Under the pieces are notes generated by a model, which made no database searches, was not told the origin of the DNA, and was given only the letters and a program-made list of their open reading frames with translations. A stretch of 52,274 nt of DNA from Candidatus Limnocylindrales bacterium (GTDB lineage: Bacteria > Chloroflexota > Limnocylindria > Limnocylindrales > CSP1-4): positions 1 through 52,274 of the forward strand of contig DAIOXD010000001.1 of NCBI GenBank assembly GCA_036758145.1. Reading direction: 5' to 3'. Both the position numbers and the translations under genes were made by a program. Positions 9,167 to 17,919 of the stretch are shown one piece after another. Each line of letters begins with the position of its first letter. The stretch's first letter is position 1.

Positions 9167-9967
9167 GTGACCGAGGCCGTCCTCGATGGCTGGCTCGTCT
9201 TCGCGCTGGCCTGCTGCGATGCCGCTGATGCCCTGGCGCTCGAGCACTTCCGACGCGACCTGGTGATCGAGACGAAGCCCGACCGGACGTTCGTCACCCA
9301 GGCGGACACGGCCATCGAGCGGACCATCCGCGGCCTGATCTCGGGCGCCTACCCAGACCACGGTCTGGTCGGCGAGGAGTACGGCGAAGTGGCGGGGTCG
9401 GCCGGCGTCCGCTGGTACATCGACCCGATCGACGGCACGCACAACTTCATGCGAGGCGTCCCGTTGTTCGGCACGCTCCTCGCGGTCGAGGCGGACGGCG
9501 AGCTGGTCGTCGGCGTGATGAGCGCCCCGGCGCTGGGCGAGCGCTGGTATGCCCGTCGTGGTGGTGGGGCCTGGGCAGTCGGTTCGACCGGGCCGGGCGC
9601 CGGGTCGCCTCGGCGGATCGGGGTCTCACGCGTCGGCTCGATCGCGGATTCGCAGATCCTCTACTCGTCGCCTCTCGACATCGAGGCGAGCGGCGAGGCA
9701 CCCGGGTTCGATGAGCTCGTCGGCTCGGCCTGGCGCGACCGCGGCTTCGGCGATTTCTGGGGCTACGCGCTCGTGGCCGAGGGCGCCGCCGAGGCGATGA
9801 TCGAGGTCGGGCCGAAGAGCTGGGATCTCGCCGCGCCATCGGTCGTCGTCGAAGAAGCCGGGGGTCGGCTGACCGACCTGCACGGAACGCGCACCATCCA
9901 CAACGGGACGGCCCTGGCCACGAATGGCATCCTCCACGATGAGGTCGTCCGAAGGCTGGGGAGGTAA
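9167..9967 (+). CDS. inositol monophosphatase family phosphatase (HisN-like)
   Basis: IMPase signatures are VTQADTAIERTIR, GEEYG and WYIDPIDGTHNFMRGVPLFGTLLA. The GTG start is 13 nt after the paralog-2 stop and is preceded by GGGGAGGG. Confidence 0.8.
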   Translation: MTEAVLDGWLVFALACCDAADALALEHFRRDLVIETKPDRTFVTQADTAIERTIRGLISGAYPDHGLVGEEYGEVAGSAGVRWYIDPIDGTHNFMRGVPLFGTLLAVEADGELVVGVMSAPALGERWYARRGGGAWAVGSTGPGAGSPRRIGVSRVGSIADSQILYSSPLDIEASGEAPGFDELVGSAWRDRGFGDFWGYALVAEGAAEAMIEVGPKSWDLAAPSVVVEEAGGRLTDLHGTRTIHNGTALATNGILHDEVVRRLGR

Positions 9968-9977
9968 GGAGAGACCG

Positions 9978-10790
9978 ATGCACGAACCCACCAACCCGGG
10001 GCCGCCACCCGAGCGGCCGCCCGTCTCTGCCGTCCCGGACGTCGCGGGCACCGGCGCGACGGAGCCGACACCGGCCGGCGGGCCATTCGACGACCCACGG
10101 GCGCTCCAGATCCTCAGCACCGAGCACTGGAGCCTGCTCGCGACCCGTTCGCTCTCCTACAACGAGGCGTTCACCCGGGCGGGGATGTTCCTGACGGCGC
10201 TGTCGGCGTCGATGGTGGCGATCGCCTTCGTCGCCCAGGCCGACCAGAGCGGCGACGCCGTCCGGGTCTTCGCGCTCGTCCTCCTCGGGTTCGACCTCTT
10301 CGTCGGCCTGACGACCTACCTGCGGCTGGTCGAGACGACCCGTGAGGATCTCCGCTCGGTCCAGGGCATGAACCGCATCCGCCACGCCTACCTGGAGATG
10401 GCACCGGGGTTGGCGCCCTACTTCGTCTCGAGCGATCGGGACGATCTGGCGGGGATCCTGATGACGTACGAGGGTCCGGCGCGCGAGGACATGATGGCCG
10501 GACGCGTTCCGTTCGAAGGCCTCGTCCATGGCTTCAGCACCAACACCGGGATGGTGGGGGTCGTCGTCTCGCTCGTCGGGGCGTCGCTGGCGGGCGTGGC
10601 GGTCGCCCAGGTCGGCGCCTCGATGGTGGGCATCGTCGCCGTCGGCGCGGTCGTCTTCGTGTTGCTGCTGGTCGCCATGCTGCGTCTCGCGGTGATGTCC
10701 ATGACGACGTTCTCGAACTCGACGCTCGTCCGTTTCCCGAGCGACCCGACGGGTGCGTCGGCCTCCGGCGGCGAGGCCCCCGAGCGCTAG
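9978..10790 (+). CDS. hypothetical integral membrane protein
   Basis: Internal ATG preceded by GGTAAGGAGAG. The protein has a Pro-rich N-terminus followed by several hydrophobic helices (FLTALSASMVAIAFVA, VFALVLLGFDLFVGL, VGVVVSLVGASLAGVAVA, IVAVGAVVFVLLLVAML). I recognise no family. Confidence 0.55.
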   Translation: MHEPTNPGPPPERPPVSAVPDVAGTGATEPTPAGGPFDDPRALQILSTEHWSLLATRSLSYNEAFTRAGMFLTALSASMVAIAFVAQADQSGDAVRVFALVLLGFDLFVGLTTYLRLVETTREDLRSVQGMNRIRHAYLEMAPGLAPYFVSSDRDDLAGILMTYEGPAREDMMAGRVPFEGLVHGFSTNTGMVGVVVSLVGASLAGVAVAQVGASMVGIVAVGAVVFVLLLVAMLRLAVMSMTTFSNSTLVRFPSDPTGASASGGEAPER

Positions 10791-10803
10791 ACAGGCCGGA
10801 CTG

Positions 10804-10826
10804 CAGGCGCCGGCACGGTGCGCCTG
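10804..10826. terminator. candidate bidirectional hairpin between convergent genes
   Basis: CAGGCGC-N9-GCGCCTG forms a 7-bp perfect stem between the stops at 10790 (+) and 10835 (-). There is no U-tract. Confidence 0.3.
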
Positions 10827-10834
10827 AGGGCGGC

Positions 10835-11554
10835 TCAGGGACCGCGCCGGCGGTAGCGGCGAGCCATCGCGGCAACGACGGCGCCCCCGAGGGCCAGGAG
10901 GACGAGCCCGAAGCTCGATCCGGCGAAGAGTCCGATCGCGAAACAGACCACCACGAACAGCGCGAGGATCGCGACCTGGAGCGGGCCGCGGATCATCTTG
11001 CCCGCGGGCGCGGTGAACGCCGAAAGGGAGCCCGGGGACGGCAGCCCTCCGAACCTCTCGTATTGGTCCGACGTCGAGCGCAGGATCTCGAGAATCTCGG
11101 GGTCGACGAGGTCCTCGACGACGGCAGCCATCGCCGCCTCCTCGAATGCGGCCGCCGCGGCGACCCGATCGCCCGCGGTCGCCACGGAGATGGCCGTCTC
11201 GGTGAATGCCCAGGTGCCACTGAAACCGGCCCTGGCGAAGAGCTGGATGGTCGCGTCGCGGGCCGCAGCCGTGGCGTCCCGCAGGAGCATGTCCCGCCCA
11301 GCGAGGAGCGCCGCGTCCCGGGCACGTTCCTCGGCCGCGAGGCGTGTTGGGTCCGGCGGCGAGACCACGATGACCTGGAGATCGACCCGCGTCATCTCCT
11401 CGAGCAGCCGCTCGACGCGGGCGCGCGCCGCGGTGGCACCGGGGTCGGTCGGGTCCGCCTCCGAGCGGCGGAGCGGAGCGTCCCGACGGTCCGACCCTCT
11501 GAGGCGCTTCACCCCGGCACGAGAGCCTTCGTCAAGTTGAGTGGAAACGATCAT
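10835..11554 (-). CDS. hypothetical tail-anchored membrane protein
   Basis: 239-aa ORF with an Ala/Arg/Glu-rich soluble part and a C-terminal hydrophobic pair (LQVAILALFVVVCFAIGLFAGSSFGLVLLALGGAVVAAM) followed by RRYRRRGP. I recognise no family. Confidence 0.5.
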   Translation of the reverse strand: MIVSTQLDEGSRAGVKRLRGSDRRDAPLRRSEADPTDPGATAARARVERLLEEMTRVDLQVIVVSPPDPTRLAAEERARDAALLAGRDMLLRDATAAARDATIQLFARAGFSGTWAFTETAISVATAGDRVAAAAAFEEAAMAAVVEDLVDPEILEILRSTSDQYERFGGLPSPGSLSAFTAPAGKMIRGPLQVAILALFVVVCFAIGLFAGSSFGLVLLALGGAVVAAMARRYRRRGP

Positions 11555-11627
11555 TCCGGAATGAACGTGAGTTGGTAGGTATGGGGGCCCGGGGGGTGCG
11601 GGCCAACGCCCGTCGCTGCTGCCGCCA

Positions 11628-12101
11628 TCAGACGTAGCCCTCCGGGACGGGACCGATCACCTCCATCGAGTACCGAAGGGCGATCTCGGACAGGCGGTCA
11701 GAATCGACATCTCCCGCCTTGGTCGCGGCCGCCACGTCATCGAAGTAGCCGACCATCGCTGCAGGCGCGAAGAGGACGAGCTTGCGACTGGCCACGCCGC
11801 CGACTCGGAAGCCATGGGGCAGCCCGGCTGGAATGAAGATGAACGAACCCGCCGGGCACACGAACTCGCGATCGTCGAGAAAGATGACGTACTCGCCCTC
11901 GAGCACGTAGAACGCCTCGGCGGCATCGCGGTGGATGTGGAGCGGCGGCCCGAAGCCCGCCGGTTCGTCCGCCTCCAGGAGCGAAAATGCCCCGTTCGTT
12001 TGCTCGTCCGCCGCCTTGACCGACATCCGGAACCCACCCAGGTCGATCGACCTGCCTTCGCCCGGTCTCAGGATGTACGCCGCGCCTGCCAGTTCACTCA
12101 T
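11628..12101 (-). CDS. cupin domain protein
   Basis: Two-motif cupin signature: PPLHIHRDAAEAFYVLEGEY ... GSFIFIPAGLPHGFRV. GGGAGG lies upstream of the ATG. Confidence 0.8.
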   Translation of the reverse strand: MSELAGAAYILRPGEGRSIDLGGFRMSVKAADEQTNGAFSLLEADEPAGFGPPLHIHRDAAEAFYVLEGEYVIFLDDREFVCPAGSFIFIPAGLPHGFRVGGVASRKLVLFAPAAMVGYFDDVAAATKAGDVDSDRLSEIALRYSMEVIGPVPEGYV

Positions 12102-12216
12102 CTCTTGCCTCCCTGTTGCGCCGCTCTCGAATAGTCATCGCTCAGCGTGCGCGAATGTGCGTAGGGTGAGTGGATCACATCCCGAGCCTCGACCGCCGTC
12201 GCGCACTGTCTCGGGA

Positions 12217-13158
12217 TCAGCTGCCCAGACTCTCGTGCGGCGGGCCAAGATACGGGAACTCGTCGAGCAGATCCGTGTGGGGACCGACGCCGTCGCTCGT
12301 AATCCGTCCTCGCGTCAGAAGGGCGACGATGAGATCCGCCGTGTCGTCCGTGAGTAGCCGCCCATTTGGGTAGCCGGCTGGCTCGCTCGGGTCGTACACC
12401 AGCCAGTCGGGGAGGAAGTCCCGACCGAGACGCGCGGCCTCGGCATCCAGGTAGCCAAGTGATCGCAGGAAGGCGACGAACTTGTCGCCGAATGCGGCCT
12501 CCTGCTCGGCCGGGCCCGTGCGACAGAACGCGGCGTTGTCCGCCTCGTCGGTATTGAAGGTATTGTTGACACCGGGCCGCCCGGCCTGATCCATCTGAAC
12601 GACGTCGCCACCCTCCGGAGCCATCGTCCGGGCCCAGACTCGGATGGGGCGCGTTGTCGGGAGGGCGTCCCTCGGGACCTCCAGGACGATGCCGAAGACG
12701 TTCCGTTTCGCGAGGGGATCCTCACCGGTGAACTGAAAGCCGTTGTGAAGTCCCTTCGGATCTTTGAAATGAGGTTCGCTCCGGACGCCAGCAAAGAAGC
12801 GATAGCCAGATGCCTCGGCGATCGCAACGTCGCGATCCAGCGAGACCCGAGCATTCACGATGACAGGGTCACCAACCCGGCCCGTCCCCTGGGCCGCGGC
12901 ACCCGCAGACCGATAGACACTGGCGCGCGTCTCGCCGCCATCTGCCTCGAAGAGCACATGGAAGGCGAGGTCAGCGAGCTTGTCACCGTCGGCGTCGATC
13001 TTGATCTCATAGCTCGCGGCGGGGTCGATATTCACCTCGCGCGACGGCTCAGGATTCACGTCCAGGACCAAGACCGAGCCGTCCCCGTGGTCGGCGGGGA
13101 AAAGGTACAGGTCGCAGATGTCGGTGCGGGGATCGGAGGCGTCGAAGTGGTCGGACAT
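12217..13158 (-). CDS. hypothetical protein, DUF4331-like
   Basis: 313-aa ORF. The N-terminus SDHFDASDPRTDICDLYLFPA resembles, from memory, the DUF4331 pattern (S-x-H-x-D/E-A-P ... D-x-x-D-x-Y-x-F). There is no obvious signal peptide. The family assignment is tentative. Confidence 0.55.
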   Translation of the reverse strand: MSDHFDASDPRTDICDLYLFPADHGDGSVLVLDVNPEPSREVNIDPAASYEIKIDADGDKLADLAFHVLFEADGGETRASVYRSAGAAAQGTGRVGDPVIVNARVSLDRDVAIAEASGYRFFAGVRSEPHFKDPKGLHNGFQFTGEDPLAKRNVFGIVLEVPRDALPTTRPIRVWARTMAPEGGDVVQMDQAGRPGVNNTFNTDEADNAAFCRTGPAEQEAAFGDKFVAFLRSLGYLDAEAARLGRDFLPDWLVYDPSEPAGYPNGRLLTDDTADLIVALLTRGRITSDGVGPHTDLLDEFPYLGPPHESLGS

Positions 13159-13159
13159 G

Positions 13160-14759
13160 GTCTACCTCCGGGTCTGCGTCGGCGACGTCAGGAGCAGGAG
13201 AGTAGCGCCGATCGCATGCGAGGATGCGACGCGGTCGATCAGGCCGCTGACACCTCCTCTCCGGGGTCGCTGGGGCGATCGACATCGGCCGGGATGTAGA
13301 TGCCGTCGACGAAGCGGGCGCCGCGTAGCAGCAGGGTCATGAGCGTCAGGCCGCCGTTGAGCGGCCGCCAGCCGAGCTCGAGCCGCTGGGTGATCTTGAA
13401 GACGAGATAGAGCGCGCTGTCGCGCCGGCGCATCCGCTTCGACACGTTCGTCCGCAGCCGGACGCCGGCGAAGACCGACTCCACCGGATTGCTCGTGCGC
13501 AGGTGGATCCAATGCTCGGCCGGGTAGTCGTAGAAGGTCGTCAGGTCGTCCCAGTCGCGGAACAGGGTCTCGGCCGCAGGGTCCTGGCCGCGGGCGTGGC
13601 GCCACCCGGCGAGCTCGTCGCGACGGAGCTCGCATTCCTTGCGGCTGGGCGCGTTCCAAACCGCCCGCAGGCGGTGGCGGAGCTCGGGCTGGAGGCGCTT
13701 GGAGACCTTGTCGGTGAGGTTCATTGCCTTGTGGTTCCAGCAGCGCTGGTGCCTCGTCTCGGGGAAAACCTCGCGCAGGGCCGCCCACAGCCCCAGGGCG
13801 CCGTCGCCGACGGCGAGCAGCGGCGCCTCGAGACCGCGATCGCGGAGGTCGCGCAGGACGTCGGCCCACGAGTTCGTGCTCTCGCGGTAGCCGAGCTCCA
13901 TCGCCAGCAGCTCCTTGCGGCCGTCTGATCTGGCGCCGATGACGACGAGCAGGCAGCTGTGCTCGACCTCGGTGCCGACGCCGAGGTAGATGCCGTCCGA
14001 CCAGATGTAGACGTAGCGCTCCGTGATCGGGCGGGTCCGCCAGACCGTGTACTCGGCCCGCCAGTCCTCCTTGAGCCGCAGGATCGTCGAGCTCGACAGC
14101 GGCGCCCGAGAGCCGAGCAACTCGCGAAACGCCGGCTCGAAGTCACCCGAGCTCATGCCCTCCAGGTAGAGCCGGGCGAAGAGGCGCTGGGTGGGGTAGG
14201 TCAGGTTGCGCCCGCGGGGCAGGATCGAGCTGCGAAACGGTGGGATGTGGCCGGGCGTGTCGGCCACCCGCGGCGGGCGGACCTCGACCGACCAGGTGCC
14301 GATGCTGATCTCGCGCTCCCGGGCGTAGCCGTTGCGATAACCGTTGAAGTCGTCGTCGACGCGGTCGTAGCGGCGGCGGCCGAGGTAGGCGTCGACCTCG
14401 GAGTGGAGGGCCCGCTCGAGCATCCGGCGCGCGCCCTCCTGGGCCAGCTCTTCGAGCGTCTCGCTGATCGCCGGCTGGCTGCTCGGGACGACCGCCTCGG
14501 ACGGCTCCGAGGGCGTCTCGTCGGGGCTCAGATCGGGCGTCGCGGTGACGAGCCCGATCGCTGGCTGGGCATGGTACGGTTGGTCCACGGCGTCTCCTTC
14601 TGGGGCTTCAACAACACTGGAAGGGTACGCCGCTTCTTTGTGCCCGCCATCGCCCGACGATGAACTCGACGCCCTGCTCGACGTCGACCGAGACAGTCTG
14701 GACAGTTTCCACACGCCCTGAGGCTAGCTCCCGGCACGATACCGCGCGGACTGGCCCCG
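13160..14759 (-). mobile_element. IS256-family insertion sequence (boundaries approximate)
   Basis: A single transposase gene fills the gap between the aminotransferase stop (14760) and the DUF4331-like start (13158). The listed coordinates are simply that whole gap. I could not define terminal inverted repeats or a target-site duplication by eye. Confidence 0.6.
13239..14588 (-). CDS. IS256-family (Mutator-type) transposase
   Basis: Family-typical blocks are EGARRMLERALHSEVDAYLG, YIWSDGIYLGV, LLVVIGARSDGRKELLAMELGYRES, LAVGDGALGLWAAL, HQRCWNHKAMN and LRTSNPVESVFAGVR. I chose the GTG at 14588 because GAAGGAGA lies 5 nt upstream. The ORF track runs on to 14714. Confidence 0.9.
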   Translation of the reverse strand: MDQPYHAQPAIGLVTATPDLSPDETPSEPSEAVVPSSQPAISETLEELAQEGARRMLERALHSEVDAYLGRRRYDRVDDDFNGYRNGYAREREISIGTWSVEVRPPRVADTPGHIPPFRSSILPRGRNLTYPTQRLFARLYLEGMSSGDFEPAFRELLGSRAPLSSSTILRLKEDWRAEYTVWRTRPITERYVYIWSDGIYLGVGTEVEHSCLLVVIGARSDGRKELLAMELGYRESTNSWADVLRDLRDRGLEAPLLAVGDGALGLWAALREVFPETRHQRCWNHKAMNLTDKVSKRLQPELRHRLRAVWNAPSRKECELRRDELAGWRHARGQDPAAETLFRDWDDLTTFYDYPAEHWIHLRTSNPVESVFAGVRLRTNVSKRMRRRDSALYLVFKITQRLELGWRPLNGGLTLMTLLLRGARFVDGIYIPADVDRPSDPGEEVSAA

Positions 14760-16085
14760 CTACGCGCCGGCGGCCGCCAGGCTGTCGTCGAGGATCCCGA
14801 GCGCCGTCTCGACCTCCTCGGCCGTCGTGACGAGCGGCGGGATGATCCTGACGACGTTCACATACGTGCCGGCGGTCAGGACGATCAGCTTGCGCGCCAG
14901 CGCCTCGGCCTGGATCCGCTTGGTGAGATCGGGATCGGGCGTGCGGCCATCGGCGATGCCCGGCTTGACCAGCTCGATGGCGACCATCAGGCCCAGGCCG
15001 CGAACATCGCCGACCGACGGGTATTTGGCCGCCACCTCGCGCAGACCCGCCAGGAACTCATTGCCGCGCTCGCGAGCGTTCGCGACCAGGCCTTCTTCTT
15101 CGATGACGTCGAGCGTCGCGTTGGCGGCCGCGCACGAGACGACGTTGCCGCCATAGGTCCCACCGTGCGTCCCGGGCTTCCAGGCGGACATGATCTCGGT
15201 CCTCGCCAGGATCCCGGAGAGCGGCAGGCCGGAGGCGATCCCCTTGGCCATGACCAGGATGTCGGGTTCGACGTCCCAATGCTCGACCGCGAACATCTCG
15301 CCGGTTCGCCCGAACCCGGTCTGGACCTCGTCGGCGATGAGCAGGATGCCGTGCTGGCGGGTGATCTCACGCAGGCGCGGCAGGAAGCCGGGTGGCGGGA
15401 CGATGTAGCCGCCCTCGCCCAGGACCGGTTCGATGATGATCGCCGCGACCCGGTCCGGGTAGATGAACTGGTGGAAGGTCAGGTCGAGCTGCGCCTCCCA
15501 GTCGCAGGTGCACGCGTCCGGCGGATGCGGGCCGCCCGGTGCCCGGTAGCAGTACGGGTAGGCCGTGTGATAGACCGAGCCGGGCAACGGTTCGAAGGCG
15601 CCACGGTAGACGTCCTTGGCGGTCGTGAGCGCCATCGTCTGGGCGGTCCGGCCGTGATAGCCGTAGCGGAAGGCGATGACCGCCGGCCGGCCGGTCGCGA
15701 CGCGAGCGAGCTTGATCGATGCCTCGACCGCCTCGGCGCCGGAGTTCGACAGGAATGCCTGCCACGGACCGCCCGGCAGGACGTGCTGGAGACGCTCATA
15801 CAACCGCAGGCCGGGCTCGTGGAACATGATGTTCTGCTGGCCGTGGAGCAGCTTCACCGCCTGCGCCGCGATCGCGGCCGCGACCCGCGGGTGGGCATGG
15901 CCCGTATTGGCCACCCCGATCCCCGCCGAGTAGTCGAGATAGCGCTGGCCGTCCCTCGTGATCAGCCACGACCCCTCACCGCGGTCCACGTCGAGGTTGG
16001 TGATGCGGCTCCAGACCGACGGGACGACCGCATGGTCGGGGAGTGGGGTGGCGATCGCGCCGGTTCGATCCGTGGTCTCCACCAT
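14760..16085 (-). CDS. class-III pyridoxal-phosphate aminotransferase (GABA/putrescine aminotransferase-like)
   Basis: Trimmed to the internal ATG (MVETTDRTG...), which is preceded by AGGAGG. Motifs are SNSGAEAVE, LIADEVQTGFGRTG, the PLP-lysine context DILVMAKGIASG, and THGGTYGGN. The 674-aa ORF-track version overlaps the potC-like gene in another frame. Confidence 0.9.
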   Translation of the reverse strand: MVETTDRTGAIATPLPDHAVVPSVWSRITNLDVDRGEGSWLITRDGQRYLDYSAGIGVANTGHAHPRVAAAIAAQAVKLLHGQQNIMFHEPGLRLYERLQHVLPGGPWQAFLSNSGAEAVEASIKLARVATGRPAVIAFRYGYHGRTAQTMALTTAKDVYRGAFEPLPGSVYHTAYPYCYRAPGGPHPPDACTCDWEAQLDLTFHQFIYPDRVAAIIIEPVLGEGGYIVPPPGFLPRLREITRQHGILLIADEVQTGFGRTGEMFAVEHWDVEPDILVMAKGIASGLPLSGILARTEIMSAWKPGTHGGTYGGNVVSCAAANATLDVIEEEGLVANARERGNEFLAGLREVAAKYPSVGDVRGLGLMVAIELVKPGIADGRTPDPDLTKRIQAEALARKLIVLTAGTYVNVVRIIPPLVTTAEEVETALGILDDSLAAAGA

Positions 16086-16108
16086 GCGAGAGCAGCCTCC
16101 TGGTTCGG

Positions 16109-17002
16109 TCAGCGCAACCGGATGGTCCGGCCGGAGCGCAGCGTGGACAGCACGACCAGCACGACGGCCGACAGGAACACGATCGAGCCGATGACGTTGA
16201 TCTGGGCCGGCAGCGCGTTCTTCTGGATCCCCCACACCCAGATCGGGAACGTATTCGTCGTCCCCGACACGAAGTTCGTGATCACGAAGTCGTCGATCGA
16301 CAACGAGAAGGCGAGCAGCGCCGCGGCGAGGATGCCCGGGAAGATCAGCGGGAACGTCACCTTCCAGAACGTCGTCCATTCGTTCGCGCCGAGGTCCATC
16401 GCGGCTTCCTCGAGATTTCGGTCGAAGCCCGAGATCCGTGCCCGTACCGTGACGACGACGTAGCTGATGTTGAACATGATGTGCGCGATCAGGATCGTGT
16501 TGAATCCGAGTGGATAGAGCGTCCCTTTCGGCACCTGCGCGAGTCCCGGTGGCAGCACGCCGTTCTGCAGCGCCGTGTTCACGAACAGGGTCAGGAGACT
16601 GGACCCGAGGACGATCTCGGGCGTGGCCATCGGCAGGAAGATCAGCCCGTTGACGAACCCGCGACCGCGGAACCTGTAGCGCGTCAAGGACAGGGCCATC
16701 AGCGTTCCGAGGAGCGTCGAGATGAGTGTCGAAAGCACGGCGATCCGGAGGCTCACCGCGAGCGCGTCGCCCAGGCCCGGCCAACCGAGCGGATGAAGCC
16801 AGGCGTTGAGGGTGAAGCCCTGCCAGATGAAATTGAATTTGCCCGTGTAGTCGTTGAACGAGAACAGGATCATCACCGCGATCGGGACGAGCAGGTAGCC
16901 GATGGCGATGAAGGTGATGACCGGCAGGGCGAGATGCGAGGCCCGGCGCCTGAAGCTCGGCAGACGTGTCGCGCGCGGGACGGTGGTGACGGCGGTCGCC
17001 AT
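16109..17002 (-). CDS. potC: polyamine-type ABC transporter permease (PotC-like)
   Basis: Six-TM binding-protein-dependent permease. Its start overlaps the stop of the upstream permease gene, and it follows PotA-, PotD- and PotB-like genes. Confidence 0.8.
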   Translation of the reverse strand: MATAVTTVPRATRLPSFRRRASHLALPVITFIAIGYLLVPIAVMILFSFNDYTGKFNFIWQGFTLNAWLHPLGWPGLGDALAVSLRIAVLSTLISTLLGTLMALSLTRYRFRGRGFVNGLIFLPMATPEIVLGSSLLTLFVNTALQNGVLPPGLAQVPKGTLYPLGFNTILIAHIMFNISYVVVTVRARISGFDRNLEEAAMDLGANEWTTFWKVTFPLIFPGILAAALLAFSLSIDDFVITNFVSGTTNTFPIWVWGIQKNALPAQINVIGSIVFLSAVVLVVLSTLRSGRTIRLR

Positions 17003-17895
17003 CAGCCGGCGAGCTCCTCGGTTCCCAGCGCCCGGGCGTAGAACAGGACGGCGACGAGGATGGCGGCCATCAGCAGGAATGACAGAGCAGCCGCGAGTGG
17101 GTAATCGTTCTGCTGCAGGAAGCGTGCCTGGATGACATTCCCGATCATCCGCGTCTTGGGGCTCCCCAGCAGCTCGGCATTGACGTAGTCGCCGAGGGCC
17201 GGGATGAAGGTCAGGATGGATCCGGCGAACACGCCGGGCAGGGCGAGCGGGAACGTCACCCGACGGAACGCCTGCCAGCGGCCGGCGTAGAGGTCGTTGG
17301 CCGCCTCGATCAGTCGCGGGTCGATCTTCTCGAGCGCGACGTAGAGGGGCAGGATCATGAACGGCAGGAAGTTGTAGGTCAGGCCAGCGATGACCGAGAT
17401 CGGCGTGCCGATCGCCGTGAAGTCGGTCGGCAGCAGGTGCAGGCTGTTCTTCAGGAACCCGAGGATCGGCCCCTCGTCACCGAGCAGGATCTTCCAGCTG
17501 ATGGTCCGGATGAGGAAGCTCGTGAAGAACGGCGCGATGACCAGGAAGAGCAACAGGTTCTTGTAGCGCCCACCGCGGAAGGCCACCGTATAGGCCACCG
17601 GGAACCCGATCGCAAAGTCCAGGATCGTCGCGATGCCGCCATACAGCAGCGAGTTGCCGAACTGGGCCTGGAACTTCCCGAGCGCGTCGGCGTAGGCCTG
17701 CGTCGACCCCGTCACCTGGAACCCGGAATCCAGGGTCCCGGACGAGATCGACATGAGGAACATCTGGATCGAGGGCCAGATGAAGAAGTAGACGAGCCAC
17801 AGGATCCCGGGCGCGAGCAGGATGTACGGGGCGACCTTCGACAATCGGCGCCGAAAGCGGGGCGGTCCAGCCACCCGAACGGCGGTTGCTGTCAC
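17002..17895 (-). CDS. potB: polyamine-type ABC transporter permease (PotB-like)
   Basis: Multi-TM permease containing an EAA-type loop (IEAANDLYAGRWQAFRRVTFPLALPG). Confidence 0.8.
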   Translation of the reverse strand: MTATAVRVAGPPRFRRRLSKVAPYILLAPGILWLVYFFIWPSIQMFLMSISSGTLDSGFQVTGSTQAYADALGKFQAQFGNSLLYGGIATILDFAIGFPVAYTVAFRGGRYKNLLLFLVIAPFFTSFLIRTISWKILLGDEGPILGFLKNSLHLLPTDFTAIGTPISVIAGLTYNFLPFMILPLYVALEKIDPRLIEAANDLYAGRWQAFRRVTFPLALPGVFAGSILTFIPALGDYVNAELLGSPKTRMIGNVIQARFLQQNDYPLAAALSFLLMAAILVAVLFYARALGTEELAG

Positions 17896-17919
17896 GGCCC
17901 GGGAACCCGACCGGCGTTC

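Noticed and set aside
13225-14749. Candidate IS256 terminal inverted repeats: GCGACGCGGTCGATCAGGCCG near 13225-13246 against CCGGCACGATACCGCGCGG at 14731-14749.
   Set aside because: Only a gapped match of about 15 of 20 bases, with no flanking direct repeat. This is too weak to define the element ends by eye.
14760-16784. 674-aa version of the aminotransferase ORF.
   Set aside because: The N-terminal ~230 residues are Arg/Asp/Pro-rich and overlap the potC-like gene in another frame. An internal ATG with an AGGAGG SD begins the conserved domain 23 nt after the potC stop.
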